64,000 bases of DNA from Treponemataceae bacterium (GCA_963678065.2 CAXXVZ010000005.1:1184001-1248000); one strand, 5' to 3'. Counted from the first letter of the stretch, positions 38,207 to 48,111 are shown. Notes: generated by a model not told the origin, from the sequence alone. Made by a program: numbers and translations.

Positions 38207-39175
38207 ATGGGCGCATACGAAAGGATTCTGAAAAGCCTCTCGAGGGTCGGCGCGGCGGGCTTGTTCGAAAAGTACCTCGCGGCGCGGACGGCGGGGCATT
38301 ACATCCGGGCGCTCGGGTATCACGGCACGCCAGCCTCCTCGCTTCCGCTGTTGAGGCGCCATTTCGAGTACATCGGAAAACACTTCGACCCTGTCGACGA
38401 AAACAGCCTCGCCGCCTTCCTTTCGGGAAGCCGGACCGGAGGGGGAGGCCAGGCGCGGAAGAGGCCCGGAGCCATCATCAGCTTCGACGATGGACTTTGC
38501 GACAACTACGAAGTAGCCGCCCCGCTTCTGGAAGAGTTCGGCCTTGTCGGCTGGTTTTTCGTGACTTCCACCCTGCCGGGGCTTCCAGCCGAAGAACAGG
38601 AAGGCTTCTGCCGCGACCGGACTATCCGCGCGGGCGGATTCAGCAGCAGCGGCGGCACCGGCGCGGGAGGAGGAAAGCGGGTCGGGATGGATTGGGCGGA
38701 AATCCGCGATCTCGCCGCCCGCGGCCATGTCATCGGCTGCCACACGGCCACCCACATGCGGTTCATGGCGGGGACGAAGCCGGATATCATGGAGCGGGAA
38801 CTGGCCGAATCCCGCGAGAGGATGCGCCGCGAGCTCGGGCGCGCTCCCGGAGCCTTCGCCTGGGTCGGCGGGGAAAGCGTTTCGACCTACGATCCCTGTG
38901 GCTTCCTGGCGATCAAAGAGGCCGGCTTCCGCTTCGCCTTCACGACCAAATCCTGCCCCATCCTCCCTGGCGCCGATCCCCTTGTCCTGCACAGGACGAT
39001 CATCGACTCGGATACGGATTTCGATGTGTTTTGCATGAAAATCTCGGGAATTTCCGACCTTGCCCACCGGAAAACCCGGAAACAGATCGAGGAAGGCTTC
39101 CGGACCGGTCCGGAAAGGGCTGGGCTTCCGGCAACGGGCGGCAATGCTCCGGGCCCCGGAGACACATCGTCGTGA
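38207..39175 (+). CDS. polysaccharide deacetylase (NodB/CE4)
   Basis: LGYH, ISFDDG, GCHTATH, FAW motifs; start approximate. Confidence 0.85.
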   Translation: MGAYERILKSLSRVGAAGLFEKYLAARTAGHYIRALGYHGTPASSLPLLRRHFEYIGKHFDPVDENSLAAFLSGSRTGGGGQARKRPGAIISFDDGLCDNYEVAAPLLEEFGLVGWFFVTSTLPGLPAEEQEGFCRDRTIRAGGFSSSGGTGAGGGKRVGMDWAEIRDLAARGHVIGCHTATHMRFMAGTKPDIMERELAESRERMRRELGRAPGAFAWVGGESVSTYDPCGFLAIKEAGFRFAFTTKSCPILPGADPLVLHRTIIDSDTDFDVFCMKISGISDLAHRKTRKQIEEGFRTGPERAGLPATGGNAPGPGDTSS

Positions 39176-40377
39176 ACCATTCCGTCCTCTCCGGCTTCGG
39201 GCTGCGATTCGAAGTTTTTCCCGGCCTCGCGGATGCGAGAGAGGTCTGGAAGGCTCTCGAGTCCCGGTGCAGGCCCTATCCCTTCCAGAGACTGGCCTGG
39301 ATGGAATGCTGGATGGACACGGCGGGAAGCGCCCAGGGATACAGTCCGCGCCCCGTCCTCGTGACCGATCCCGCGGGCAGGAGAGCGCTGTTCCCCTTTG
39401 CGGTCTCGCGGCGGAGAGGCTTGCGCGTCCTCGTTTGGGCCGGCGCCGGCGTCTCGGACTACGGCGCTCCCATCGTCGAGCCTGGTTTTTCGGGCGATTC
39501 CGGGGAATTCGCCGCCGTATTTTGCGCGGCCGGGAAAGAGCTGCGCTGCGACGCGGTGCTGCTCGAAAAAATACCCGCCCTCCTGGCCGACGGAAGACCC
39601 AACCCCGCCTGCGACAGCCATTTCGCCCTCCACCATGTCCGCGCCCATTCCATGCAGGCGCCGGCGGACATGGACGCATTCTTCACCGCGCGCTTCGGCG
39701 CGAAGACGCGCTACAATCTGCGGCGGGCCGAAAAGAAACTCGCGGAGGAAGCCCGGCGGAATCCTTCGCGGGACGCCGGGTGCGGGGCCGCGCACAATGC
39801 CCCACTGCCGGTTCTCCGCGTTGCCGGCGAAACGGAAGAGGGAGAAAAAATTCTCGATGTCCTCCTCTCGCAGAAGCGCGGGCGCTACCGGCTGACCCGG
39901 GAGAAAGATCCCTTCGCCGCTCCGGGGGTGGAGGCCTTCTATCGCGAAGCCTGGGCCCGCAGATTGCCGGGCGTGGAAATCTCCGCCCTGGCCGCGGGGG
40001 AGAGGATTTTTGCGGCGCACTGGGGCGTGAGAGAGGAAGATACATTGTATGTCCTCCTGCCCTCCTTCGAGTCGGGGGAAGTGTCGAAGCACTCGCCCGG
40101 CCTTCTGCTCGCGCTGAAACTGATCGAATCCTGCGCGAGTACCGGCACCGCACACATCGATTTTACGGTCGGGGATGAGGCATACAAGGAAAAACTCTGC
40201 AGCGAGAGCATGGAACTCCGCAGATATTCCCGCGGGACGAGCCTCCGCGGGAAGCTGTTCGTCGCATTCGATCTCGGAAAAGAAAAACTGAAGCGCAACC
40301 CCGCAATACTCGGATGCGTCCGGCTCGTCAGAAAGAAAGTCAGGGAAATGAAGGAAAATCTGCATGGAAATCGGTAA
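39172..40377 (+). CDS. CelD/BcsL-like GNAT acyltransferase
   Basis: PFQRLAW, SDYGAP, SPGLLL, DFTVGDEAYK; GTGA overlap. Confidence 0.82.
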   Translation: MNHSVLSGFGLRFEVFPGLADAREVWKALESRCRPYPFQRLAWMECWMDTAGSAQGYSPRPVLVTDPAGRRALFPFAVSRRRGLRVLVWAGAGVSDYGAPIVEPGFSGDSGEFAAVFCAAGKELRCDAVLLEKIPALLADGRPNPACDSHFALHHVRAHSMQAPADMDAFFTARFGAKTRYNLRRAEKKLAEEARRNPSRDAGCGAAHNAPLPVLRVAGETEEGEKILDVLLSQKRGRYRLTREKDPFAAPGVEAFYREAWARRLPGVEISALAAGERIFAAHWGVREEDTLYVLLPSFESGEVSKHSPGLLLALKLIESCASTGTAHIDFTVGDEAYKEKLCSESMELRRYSRGTSLRGKLFVAFDLGKEKLKRNPAILGCVRLVRKKVREMKENLHGNR

Positions 40378-41881
40378 CACTGCCCGCTCAGGAAGGCTTT
40401 TCCCCGGAGCGATCGCCTTCTTCGTCCTCGCGCTCCTCGTGTGCCCGCAGCCTGCGGGGGCTCAGAGGATGCTCAAGGTCCTCAATTCGGGGCCGTATGT
40501 GATACGGACCGTCCGCTACGAGATCGATGGGGCGACGCGGGAGTTTGTCCTGGCCGCGAAGGCCGGGATAGAGATCGGGCGGAGGTTCCCCGATCACGCT
40601 GTGCTCGAGGCCTATCTCGTGGACAGACAGATGCTTCTGCACAACGAGCGCGTCCTCGAATCCGTGAAAATAAGCTATTCGACCGAGCTGCTCGCCTCGG
40701 GAGATGTCGCCGTCGACGTCGTCGTGAAGACGAAGGATACCTGGAACCTCATCGCCCTGCCGTATGTGAGGTTCGACTCGAACGACGGGCTCACGCTGTC
40801 CGCGAAGGGACGGAATTACAATTTTCTGGGATCGATGCGCCCCCTCGCGCTCGACATCGAGTACCTGCGCACGCTCGCCGGCAAGTCGGCCTACACGCTC
40901 AAAGGCGATTTCAGTCTGCCGTTCCAGGCTTTCGGACGGTTGTGGTCCTGGGAATTGGCACAGGAGCTCGTCGTGTGGCCGGATCAGAAGTTTCCAGTTT
41001 CAATTACAGGACTCGACCTGTCCGTGGAGCTGCCGACGCGGTTTTTCCCTCTGACCCTCACGGCTTCGCAGGATGTCCTGTTCCACGAGGAGAAAGATGC
41101 CGACACCGATGCCTACTACCTCGCGAGCGGCCTGAAAGCCTCGACCACCGTCCCGACGGGACTCGCCGCCGGCCATTTCGGGAGAATCCTGTACAAGCCC
41201 AGCCTGAGTTTTGTCGAGAACTGGAAATTCTCAGGCATGGTCCGCGATGACAGAATCGGGCCGACCCTGACGATGTCGCATGACTTCGATTTCGGCAGGG
41301 TGGACTGGCAGGGGAACCTGCGCTCGGGCCTCGCAGGCAAGTTTACGGACAGCAACACCTACAATTTTTTCAAGGACGATGTGACAGTGAATGTCGACGC
41401 GACCCTGCGCGGCTATCTCGCCGCGGGGACTGAGGCGGGCGTCGCCGCGCGGCTCACAGGGTTCAACGTGACAGGCACCGTTCCCCGCGAGGATGTCGGC
41501 TCGAACATGCGCGGCATCATCGACTCGCGCATGAACGGATTTTTCGGTCTGTTCTTCAACCTGAACCTGCCGTTGAAAATCATGCAGTTCCCCTTGCACG
41601 CGATCATCGGCAAAAACTGGCTGGATTTCGAACTCCAGGTTTCGCCATTCTTCGATTACGGACTCCTGAAGGAGTCGCCGGGCAATCTCGCGAAGGTCAA
41701 ACCCTGGTTCTCCGGCGGGCTCGAAGTCTACGCCTACCCGGCGGTCATGCGCTCTTTCATTGTGCGGGCCAGCGCCGGCTTCGATCTCGGACATCTCTCG
41801 GCGGGCAGTGGACTCGACGTATTGACCGCCGATGGGTATAGCCCGTATGAACTCTATATCGGCGTCGGGCTCATGTTCTAG
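40364..41881 (+). CDS. Omp85-superfamily outer-membrane protein with a single POTRA-like domain
   Basis: Signal peptide; POTRA-like segment ending VDVVVKTKD; NYNFLG; MRG loop motif; C-terminal beta-signal LYIGVGLMF. Confidence 0.6.
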   Translation: MEIGNTARSGRLFPGAIAFFVLALLVCPQPAGAQRMLKVLNSGPYVIRTVRYEIDGATREFVLAAKAGIEIGRRFPDHAVLEAYLVDRQMLLHNERVLESVKISYSTELLASGDVAVDVVVKTKDTWNLIALPYVRFDSNDGLTLSAKGRNYNFLGSMRPLALDIEYLRTLAGKSAYTLKGDFSLPFQAFGRLWSWELAQELVVWPDQKFPVSITGLDLSVELPTRFFPLTLTASQDVLFHEEKDADTDAYYLASGLKASTTVPTGLAAGHFGRILYKPSLSFVENWKFSGMVRDDRIGPTLTMSHDFDFGRVDWQGNLRSGLAGKFTDSNTYNFFKDDVTVNVDATLRGYLAAGTEAGVAARLTGFNVTGTVPREDVGSNMRGIIDSRMNGFFGLFFNLNLPLKIMQFPLHAIIGKNWLDFELQVSPFFDYGLLKESPGNLAKVKPWFSGGLEVYAYPAVMRSFIVRASAGFDLGHLSAGSGLDVLTADGYSPYELYIGVGLMF

Positions 41882-41904
41882 GCCGAACCGCGGGAAGAGG
41901 AGAT

Positions 41905-43587
41905 ATGATGAGAATATCCAGAGGGAAAATCATCGGCGCGCTCTGCGCCTTTTCGGCGCTGTTGGCCACGCAAGCCGTGCAGGCCATCCCCGCAAACGCG
42001 GGCTTCGCGACGGACGAGGTCGCTGCCGTGGGGTCGGTCGCGGGAGACACGGTAGGGGGCATGGAGTCCCCGGAGGGCGCAGGCGAGATCTACACCGGCG
42101 TTGCGGCCGGAGTCGAGGGAGTGTACTCGAAGAACATGTTCGCCGACGGCAGTCCGGCCTACGGGCTGCCCGACAGCGGCAGCTCTTCGGGGTACGCGGC
42201 CTCGTGGCTCAAGAGCCCTTCGGCCCACGGATGGGTTTCGTTCAAACACCTTTCCAAATACCTGGACGTCATCGCGACGGTGTCGGTACACATGGACGGC
42301 AAGTACGGCGCCTTCCTCGCCGATATCCCCGGGGGGCGCACATCCTATTATTTCACGCTCGACGAGGGCGGCGTCGGCACGACGCTCGGCCCGCTCTCGC
42401 TGAAGGCGGGGCGCCTGCGCCACTACGACATCGTCGATACGCCCTACTCCCTCGCCGTCAACTCGCGCGGGATCGCGGCACCCCTCGTCAACCTGGCCTA
42501 CGACGACGGCTTCTTCTTCTACGAGACGCGCTGGGTGCAGCTCAACAGCGGCTCGAACCAGAAGACCGAAGCCTGGCCGGAGGGCTTTCCCGACCGCGGG
42601 GTCAGCTTCAAGATTTACGGGCTCAAATTCAAGCTCAAGGACGACGGGCTCCTCAGGTTCGGCTACCAGGACATCTCGGTCTACTCCCAGAGAAGTTTCG
42701 ACCTCGAGTATTTCCTGAGCCCGATCCCCACGAATCTCACGCAGTACGTGAAATACATGTTCGGCCGCCCCTGGTCGGATGGCAACAACGACAACACTCT
42801 CATGGCCTTCTTCGCCGATTACGTCAAGCCGGGGAAGTATTCGCTCGTGGGACAGTTCCTCCTCGACGACGCAGGGCTCGGATACTGGTTCCCCGGCTGG
42901 TCAAAGAATCCCTGGCAGATGGCCCTCACTCTCGGAGGGCGGCTCGAGACGAAGGCGGGCAGTTTCGGTCTCTACGCGGCGGGCGCCACGAAGTACACAT
43001 TCGAGCCCAACCAGACTATCGGCGACAACAGCACTCTCGCGGGCGACGCGTACGGGTACACCTACTATCCCGACACGCGGTTCTACGATTGGCTGGATGG
43101 GGCGTCCTCGCCTGTTTATTCCGCCCTCTCCACCGAGGACAACATGATCGGCTACAAGTACGGCGAGAACAACCTCGCCGTCAAGCTCGACTGGCGGAAG
43201 AAGGTCGCGGAGGTCAATCTCGGGGCGGGCATCGAGTTCCGGCTTTCAGGCGAGAACAGTGTCACCAATCCCTGGCACGATTACCGGACCCAGATCGACG
43301 GGACCTACTGGCTCGACGACAGCGTGCTCGAGAAGCGGATACTGTTCGATTTCAGCGCCTCGAAGCGGCTCGGGAATTTCACTCTGTACGGCTCGGTCGA
43401 CGCCGGCGTGGCCATCGACGCCTTCAGGCTCTCCGCCCCTGTCAAGCCGAGCGGCGTCACGGACGCGGAGTGGGCGACCTGGAGCACGGTGGACAGGTAC
43501 AGCTACATTTACCGCCCCACCGCGGGGGTCATCGACCCGATCCTTCGGGTGAAGATAGGCCTCTCCTACGCGCTCGGGCTGCGCTGA
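41905..43587 (+). CDS. Wzi-like capsule-assembly outer-membrane beta-barrel
   Basis: Signal peptide, aromatic-rich strands, LKAGR...YSLAVNS, DNTLMAF...GQFLLDD, IGYKYG, terminal KIGLSY; in a polysaccharide cluster. Confidence 0.55.
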   Translation: MMRISRGKIIGALCAFSALLATQAVQAIPANAGFATDEVAAVGSVAGDTVGGMESPEGAGEIYTGVAAGVEGVYSKNMFADGSPAYGLPDSGSSSGYAASWLKSPSAHGWVSFKHLSKYLDVIATVSVHMDGKYGAFLADIPGGRTSYYFTLDEGGVGTTLGPLSLKAGRLRHYDIVDTPYSLAVNSRGIAAPLVNLAYDDGFFFYETRWVQLNSGSNQKTEAWPEGFPDRGVSFKIYGLKFKLKDDGLLRFGYQDISVYSQRSFDLEYFLSPIPTNLTQYVKYMFGRPWSDGNNDNTLMAFFADYVKPGKYSLVGQFLLDDAGLGYWFPGWSKNPWQMALTLGGRLETKAGSFGLYAAGATKYTFEPNQTIGDNSTLAGDAYGYTYYPDTRFYDWLDGASSPVYSALSTEDNMIGYKYGENNLAVKLDWRKKVAEVNLGAGIEFRLSGENSVTNPWHDYRTQIDGTYWLDDSVLEKRILFDFSASKRLGNFTLYGSVDAGVAIDAFRLSAPVKPSGVTDAEWATWSTVDRYSYIYRPTAGVIDPILRVKIGLSYALGLR

Positions 43588-43604
43588 AACGCAAAGGAGA
43601 GGAA

Positions 43605-44627
43605 ATGGCGGGATTGAGGATCGAGAATCTCGGCGAGAAGACCCGTGTCGTGCTCGGGCCGACCAATCTCGGAATCTGCGAGGCGGGCGGCGCGGGAGGG
43701 CGATCCGGAAACGATGTCGTCCTCATCGACTCCGGCAACGACGAGGACGCGGGCCGCAAGGTTCTGCGCGCCTGCGAGGCCGAGAGCAAGCGGATCGGGA
43801 TGATCGTCAACACGCACTCCAACGCCGACCACTGCGGGGGCAACGCCTTCATACAGGCGCGGACAGCGTGCAGGATCGCGGCGACGCGGATCGAGGCGGC
43901 CTTCATCGAGACCCCGAGCCTCGAGCCTTCCTGCCTCTGGGGCGGCTTTCCTCCCCCTGCCCTGCGCTCGAAATTCCTGATGGCCCAGGCTTCGCGCGTG
44001 AGCGACATTCTCGAGCCACCATGCCAGGTGCCGGAACTCGGGGCGGCGGCCGAAGCGGGTGCAGCGGCCGAAGCGGCCGAAGCGGGGTCGACCGGCCCGG
44101 CATCCGCGGCGGACGCGGCTGCCGGGGAGTCTTTCAATGCCGGATGCCGGGGTCTCCGGGCCATACCCTTGCCGGGGCATTTTTACGGCATGGTCGGCAT
44201 CATGACGGAAGATGGGGTCTTCTTCGCGGCGGACGCGGTCGCGAGCGTCGAAATCCTGCAGAAGTACCACATTTTTTACCTCTATGACGTGGCGGCCCAT
44301 CTCTCCACCCTCGACATGCTCGAGAAGCTCGAGGCTGAATGGTTTGTGCCGAGCCACGCCGCACCGACGAGAGACATAGCGCCGACAGTGAGGGCCAACC
44401 GCGACAAACTCTTCGAGGTAGCCGACTTTATCCGAATTTCGTGTAACGAGCCGGAGACGGCCGAAAATCTCCTCGCCGGCCTCGCAAACCATTACGGAAT
44501 CGAACTCAACAACAGCCAGCACTCCCTCGTCGGCTCGACCTTGCGCTCCATGCTCGCCTGGCTCGTCGGCGGGAAGGAAATCGTCTCCGCGATCGAAGGG
44601 AACAGGATGTTTTTCCGGAAGGCATGA
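43605..44627 (+). CDS. MBL-fold metallo-hydrolase
   Basis: LIDSG, THSNADHCGGN, LPGH, ADA, PSH; AGGAGAGG SD. Confidence 0.88.
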   Translation: MAGLRIENLGEKTRVVLGPTNLGICEAGGAGGRSGNDVVLIDSGNDEDAGRKVLRACEAESKRIGMIVNTHSNADHCGGNAFIQARTACRIAATRIEAAFIETPSLEPSCLWGGFPPPALRSKFLMAQASRVSDILEPPCQVPELGAAAEAGAAAEAAEAGSTGPASAADAAAGESFNAGCRGLRAIPLPGHFYGMVGIMTEDGVFFAADAVASVEILQKYHIFYLYDVAAHLSTLDMLEKLEAEWFVPSHAAPTRDIAPTVRANRDKLFEVADFIRISCNEPETAENLLAGLANHYGIELNNSQHSLVGSTLRSMLAWLVGGKEIVSAIEGNRMFFRKA

Positions 44628-44778
44628 GCGGGCGCCGAAGAGGCTTCCTTCGGATATTCAAACTTTGATCTTCCTTTTCCAAAGCTCTGCGCCGGAAGTC
44701 GCGTTTTGACATAGTCTCGTTTCTCCTTGCACGCGCCTTTGCCGAGCCATACAATCGAGGGTCGACGGGGAGGATAGC

Positions 44779-46113
44779 ATGTGCGACACCTTGTATTCGG
44801 CGGCGATGGCATCCGCGGCCGCGGCATCGGCTTTCGCGGGTACTGGAGCGGGCCCGGGGTCCGGCGTGAGAGTCGGCAATTCCTATTTCGCCAAAAATTC
44901 CGACAGGAACCCCGCTGAGCCGCAATCCGTCTGCGTGATCCCCGAACGGGCTCCGGCCGCTTCCACGACAGTGGGCGGGCGCAGCTCCGACGCGGCGGAC
45001 AAGGGCTTCGCCTTCCTCCTCTCCAAGCCGTCCTGGATGGCCGGCGGCGAGATGGGGGTCAATTCCCGCGGTCTGGCCATCGGCAACGAGGCCGTCTTCG
45101 CGAGGACAAAAGCCAAGGATGACGGGGTCCTCGGCATGGACATCCTGCGCGCCGCCCTCGGCTCTTCGGCCACGGCCAAGGAGGCCGTCGATTTCATCTG
45201 TGGCTTCACTGAAAAGAACGAACAGGGCGGCAACGGCGCTTTCAGGGGCAAACTCGTCTACTCCAACAGCTACCTCGTCGCCGACCCCGAGGGCGCTTAC
45301 ATCGTCGAGACCGCGGGAAAACGCTGGGCCTGGCGCCAGACAAATGTCGTCGACAGCATTTCGAACGCCTACGCGATCGAGGAGGATTACAAGCGCCTCG
45401 ATGCCCAGACGCGGAAAGAAATAGCGCCTGTCAACGAGCGGGCAGCCTGCTCGGACGAGGCTGACCCCGGCCGCAAGGGCGTCAAGGAATCCTGGAAGGC
45501 CCACTTCGAGAGCCGCTTCTACCTGCGCTTCACGAAGGGGGAAGAGCGGCGCGCCGCATCGCTTTCGGCTCTCGAGTCGGCGCGCGGCAGGATCGACGCG
45601 GCGAAGGTTTTCGGCATCCTGCGGTCTCACCTCGAATACGATCCCGCCCATCCACTGCGCCGGCACATGGAAAGCCTCTGCATCCATGCCGGATTCGGTC
45701 CGGCCAACAGCGCGACGACGGCGAGCCTCGCCGTAGAATACCGCCCTCGCGGCTCCGCGATGATCTGGTTCACGGGCACTTCCTATCCCTGCGTCTCCCT
45801 CTACAAGCCGGTTCTCCTCGCTGGCGGAGTCTTCATCCCCCTGTGGTCGGGCTATGACTTCGCCGAAAACGCGCCCGCCTCGATCGAGTACTGGATGCGG
45901 CAGAAGGCGCGGATCGACCACGGGGTGGGGCTCAGGGCGAGCGCCGCTCCGGACTCGGCGGACTTCATTGCGAGACGGGACAGGCTCCAGCGGGAACTCA
46001 TCGATGCCGTCGCGGGACTCGACGGGGCGGATTCCGACGGCTCCGGGGCAGTCGATGCCGTGCGCGCCCGCGTCGACGCGACTGTGGCGGAGTGGGAGAA
46101 AACCTTCATATAG
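44779..46113 (+). CDS. peptidase C69 / secernin-like N-terminal nucleophile hydrolase
   Basis: MCDT start, FAKNSDR, KPSWMAGGEMGVN..GLAIGNEAV, GMDILR, NSYLVAD, ISN; GGAGG SD. Confidence 0.85.
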   Translation: MCDTLYSAAMASAAAASAFAGTGAGPGSGVRVGNSYFAKNSDRNPAEPQSVCVIPERAPAASTTVGGRSSDAADKGFAFLLSKPSWMAGGEMGVNSRGLAIGNEAVFARTKAKDDGVLGMDILRAALGSSATAKEAVDFICGFTEKNEQGGNGAFRGKLVYSNSYLVADPEGAYIVETAGKRWAWRQTNVVDSISNAYAIEEDYKRLDAQTRKEIAPVNERAACSDEADPGRKGVKESWKAHFESRFYLRFTKGEERRAASLSALESARGRIDAAKVFGILRSHLEYDPAHPLRRHMESLCIHAGFGPANSATTASLAVEYRPRGSAMIWFTGTSYPCVSLYKPVLLAGGVFIPLWSGYDFAENAPASIEYWMRQKARIDHGVGLRASAAPDSADFIARRDRLQRELIDAVAGLDGADSDGSGAVDAVRARVDATVAEWEKTFI

Positions 46114-46169
46114 GCCACTAGCCTTCGGGTGCTTGTGTATCATGAGTGATGGAAAGGGGGAAGCAGTTC

Positions 46170-46748
46170 ATGGATTACACCTATGGAAGGATCGATCGTC
46201 TTCATGCCAGCCTCGTAAAAAACGGCATCGATCCTGAAATCATCGCGAAAATCATGGAACACGGAGAAACAATAACGCCTGGATCATCAAATGAAGAAAA
46301 GGCAGGATGGTTTGTCATGTCCATGAAAAAGATGGATGCGATGATCGATGAGGGAAGACGGCACAGGATTCGAGAAGAATGTGCGTGTTGTCTGGGTGGA
46401 GAGCGATTGAAGATAGTAAAAAAGATATTTAAAGAAAATGACAGGTATGAAAAAAGAATACTGGCCGCCAATGCGGCAAAAAAGGTATTCGGGAATGGAG
46501 TAGCAGAAAAAGACGATAAAAGTATAGAAGTGACATTCTTCGATGAGCATGATCCGAAAAGACGGTGTCCCTGTTTGCCTGGGGCGCGGGAGGCAATGCC
46601 GATAACGTACTGCTACTGTTGCGGAGGGCATGTCAGGCATCATGCACAGATAGCATTGGGGAAAAAGTTTACTGTCGAGGTAGTGACATCGGTATTATCG
46701 AGTCAGGGGGAAAACATTTGTAGGTTCCGGCTGAGGGAAATACCGTAA
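46170..46748 (+). CDS. low-GC Cys-rich hypothetical protein (DUF6144/V4R-like)
   Basis: CACC, RCPC, YCYCCGGH, VEVVTSVL...CRFRL; AT-rich codons unlike its neighbours; AAGGGGG SD before ATG 46170 (alternative start 46149). Confidence 0.7.
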   Translation: MDYTYGRIDRLHASLVKNGIDPEIIAKIMEHGETITPGSSNEEKAGWFVMSMKKMDAMIDEGRRHRIREECACCLGGERLKIVKKIFKENDRYEKRILAANAAKKVFGNGVAEKDDKSIEVTFFDEHDPKRRCPCLPGAREAMPITYCYCCGGHVRHHAQIALGKKFTVEVVTSVLSSQGENICRFRLREIP

Positions 46749-46866
46749 ATTGTACTGTGGCTTCGTGCCCCGGCCCGGGGATAAGGAAGCTCTCGCCATC
46801 GCGGGACCGCCGGGAAGGAGCGTTTTGCCATTGAAGCGAGTCGACAAATAGCTGATACTCCTCCGC

Positions 46867-47982
46867 ATGGAAGAGAGGAAGCCCCGCGCCCCCGCAACGA
46901 ACGATGCCAGGATACCGAGATTCTCCGGAGCCGCGTCGACATCCATTTCTGAATCCGCGCCCGCGGCGGGCGGCAGTTTCCGGCCCGGACCCGAGGCGCT
47001 TCTCGGCCGTCTCGCGAGCGCCTTCGCGCTGAGCCTCTTTCTGGTTCTCGGCCTCGACCTTGCCTGGGACGCCGCCTTCGCAGGCCGCACGGAATCCCTT
47101 TCTGCGGCGCTCATTTTCGACCTTTTCGTCGACTCGCTCGCCCTTCTCGTCGGCCTCCTGGCTGGAATTTCCGGCTGGATCGACTGGAAGACGGAGGAGA
47201 GCATCGTCTCCGATGCGGGGCTTCTCAGACGGCGGCGCGGCAGGGAATCCTCCGTGGCCTGGAGCGATGTCGCCCTCGTCCCCGACTCCGGAAGCGTCTT
47301 CGGCTCAGCCGTCGGGATGCGGCGGCTCACGATCGTCGCCGGAGGCCGCGCCTATGTGTTCAGAGGCTACCCCGCCTCCTTTGCCGCGACGGTCACGGCC
47401 ATGTCGCGCGCCGCCGCGCCCGATGATCCGGCCGACTTTCCCGACCCGGCGAACCTCGCCGCGCTTCGGGAGGACGAGAAGCTCGAGTTCAAGTCCACAC
47501 TGCGCTGGAGCCTGCGGGAAGAGAAGGTCGACAAGTCGATGGAGCTCGCCGTTCTCAAGACGATAGCCGGGTTCATGAATGCCTCGGGAGGCTTGCTCGT
47601 CATCGGTGTCGACGATGCGGGCCTTCCTCTCGGGCTCGCCCGCGATTTCGCCACCCTGCCGAAGAAGAGCGCCGACGGATTGGAAAACCATGTGAAGCAG
47701 CTCGTCGCCCAAGCCCTTGGGCAGCGTTTCCTGGTTTTCCTGTCCATCCGCTTCGCTCCTGTGTCCGCGCCTGCCGCCGCTCCTGCCGGCGAGGCGGCGG
47801 GGGCGTCGGGCGATCCGGGCCCGGGGGAGATATGCTATGTGCGGGTGAGGCCGGCTCCTCAGCCGGCCGTTCTGCGCTCGACAGAGGGAGAGACCTTCTA
47901 TCTCCGGACCGGCAACTCGACGACGGCGCTCGCCCTGTCCGAAGCCTTCGGCTACCTCACCTCGGGGCGGTTCGCGCTGTAG
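46867..47982 (+). CDS. membrane protein with C-terminal Schlafen/AlbA_2 domain
   Basis: Two hydrophobic helices, a PH-like segment, then EDEKLEFKS, IAGFMNASGGLLVIGVDD, FYLRTGNST. Confidence 0.82.
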   Translation: MEERKPRAPATNDARIPRFSGAASTSISESAPAAGGSFRPGPEALLGRLASAFALSLFLVLGLDLAWDAAFAGRTESLSAALIFDLFVDSLALLVGLLAGISGWIDWKTEESIVSDAGLLRRRRGRESSVAWSDVALVPDSGSVFGSAVGMRRLTIVAGGRAYVFRGYPASFAATVTAMSRAAAPDDPADFPDPANLAALREDEKLEFKSTLRWSLREEKVDKSMELAVLKTIAGFMNASGGLLVIGVDDAGLPLGLARDFATLPKKSADGLENHVKQLVAQALGQRFLVFLSIRFAPVSAPAAAPAGEAAGASGDPGPGEICYVRVRPAPQPAVLRSTEGETFYLRTGNSTTALALSEAFGYLTSGRFAL

Positions 47983-48076
47983 GCGACCTTCCCGGCGATT
48001 TCGGCTTGGGGATTGAGGCTTGTAGAAGAGGTTAGTCGCGGCCTCGCGAATCCGGACTGGCCCCGCTGTTTTTCTC

Positions 48077-48104
48077 TTGACAAATATGAAATCGGTACCA
48101 TACT
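48077..48104 (+). promoter_or_regulatory. sigma70 promoter of the LacI gene with overlapping LacI-type operator
   Basis: TTGACA-16-CATACT; ATATGAAATCGGTACCATAC (48084-48103) matches the 49164 palindrome at 17/20. Confidence 0.7.
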
Positions 48105-48111
48105 TGTCGAT

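Noticed and set aside
38005..40377. 790-aa ORF suggesting a large fusion protein
   Set aside because: Only the part from GTG 39172 is GNAT-like; the upstream part is an off-frame shadow of the deacetylase gene.
41832..44627. 931-aa ORF
   Set aside because: The real gene starts at ATG 43605 with a strong SD; the rest overlaps the Wzi-like gene out of frame.
46114..46763. Terminal inverted repeats (GCCAC/GTGGC) around the low-GC gene
   Set aside because: Only about 5 bp match, with no target-site duplication; not distinguishable from chance.
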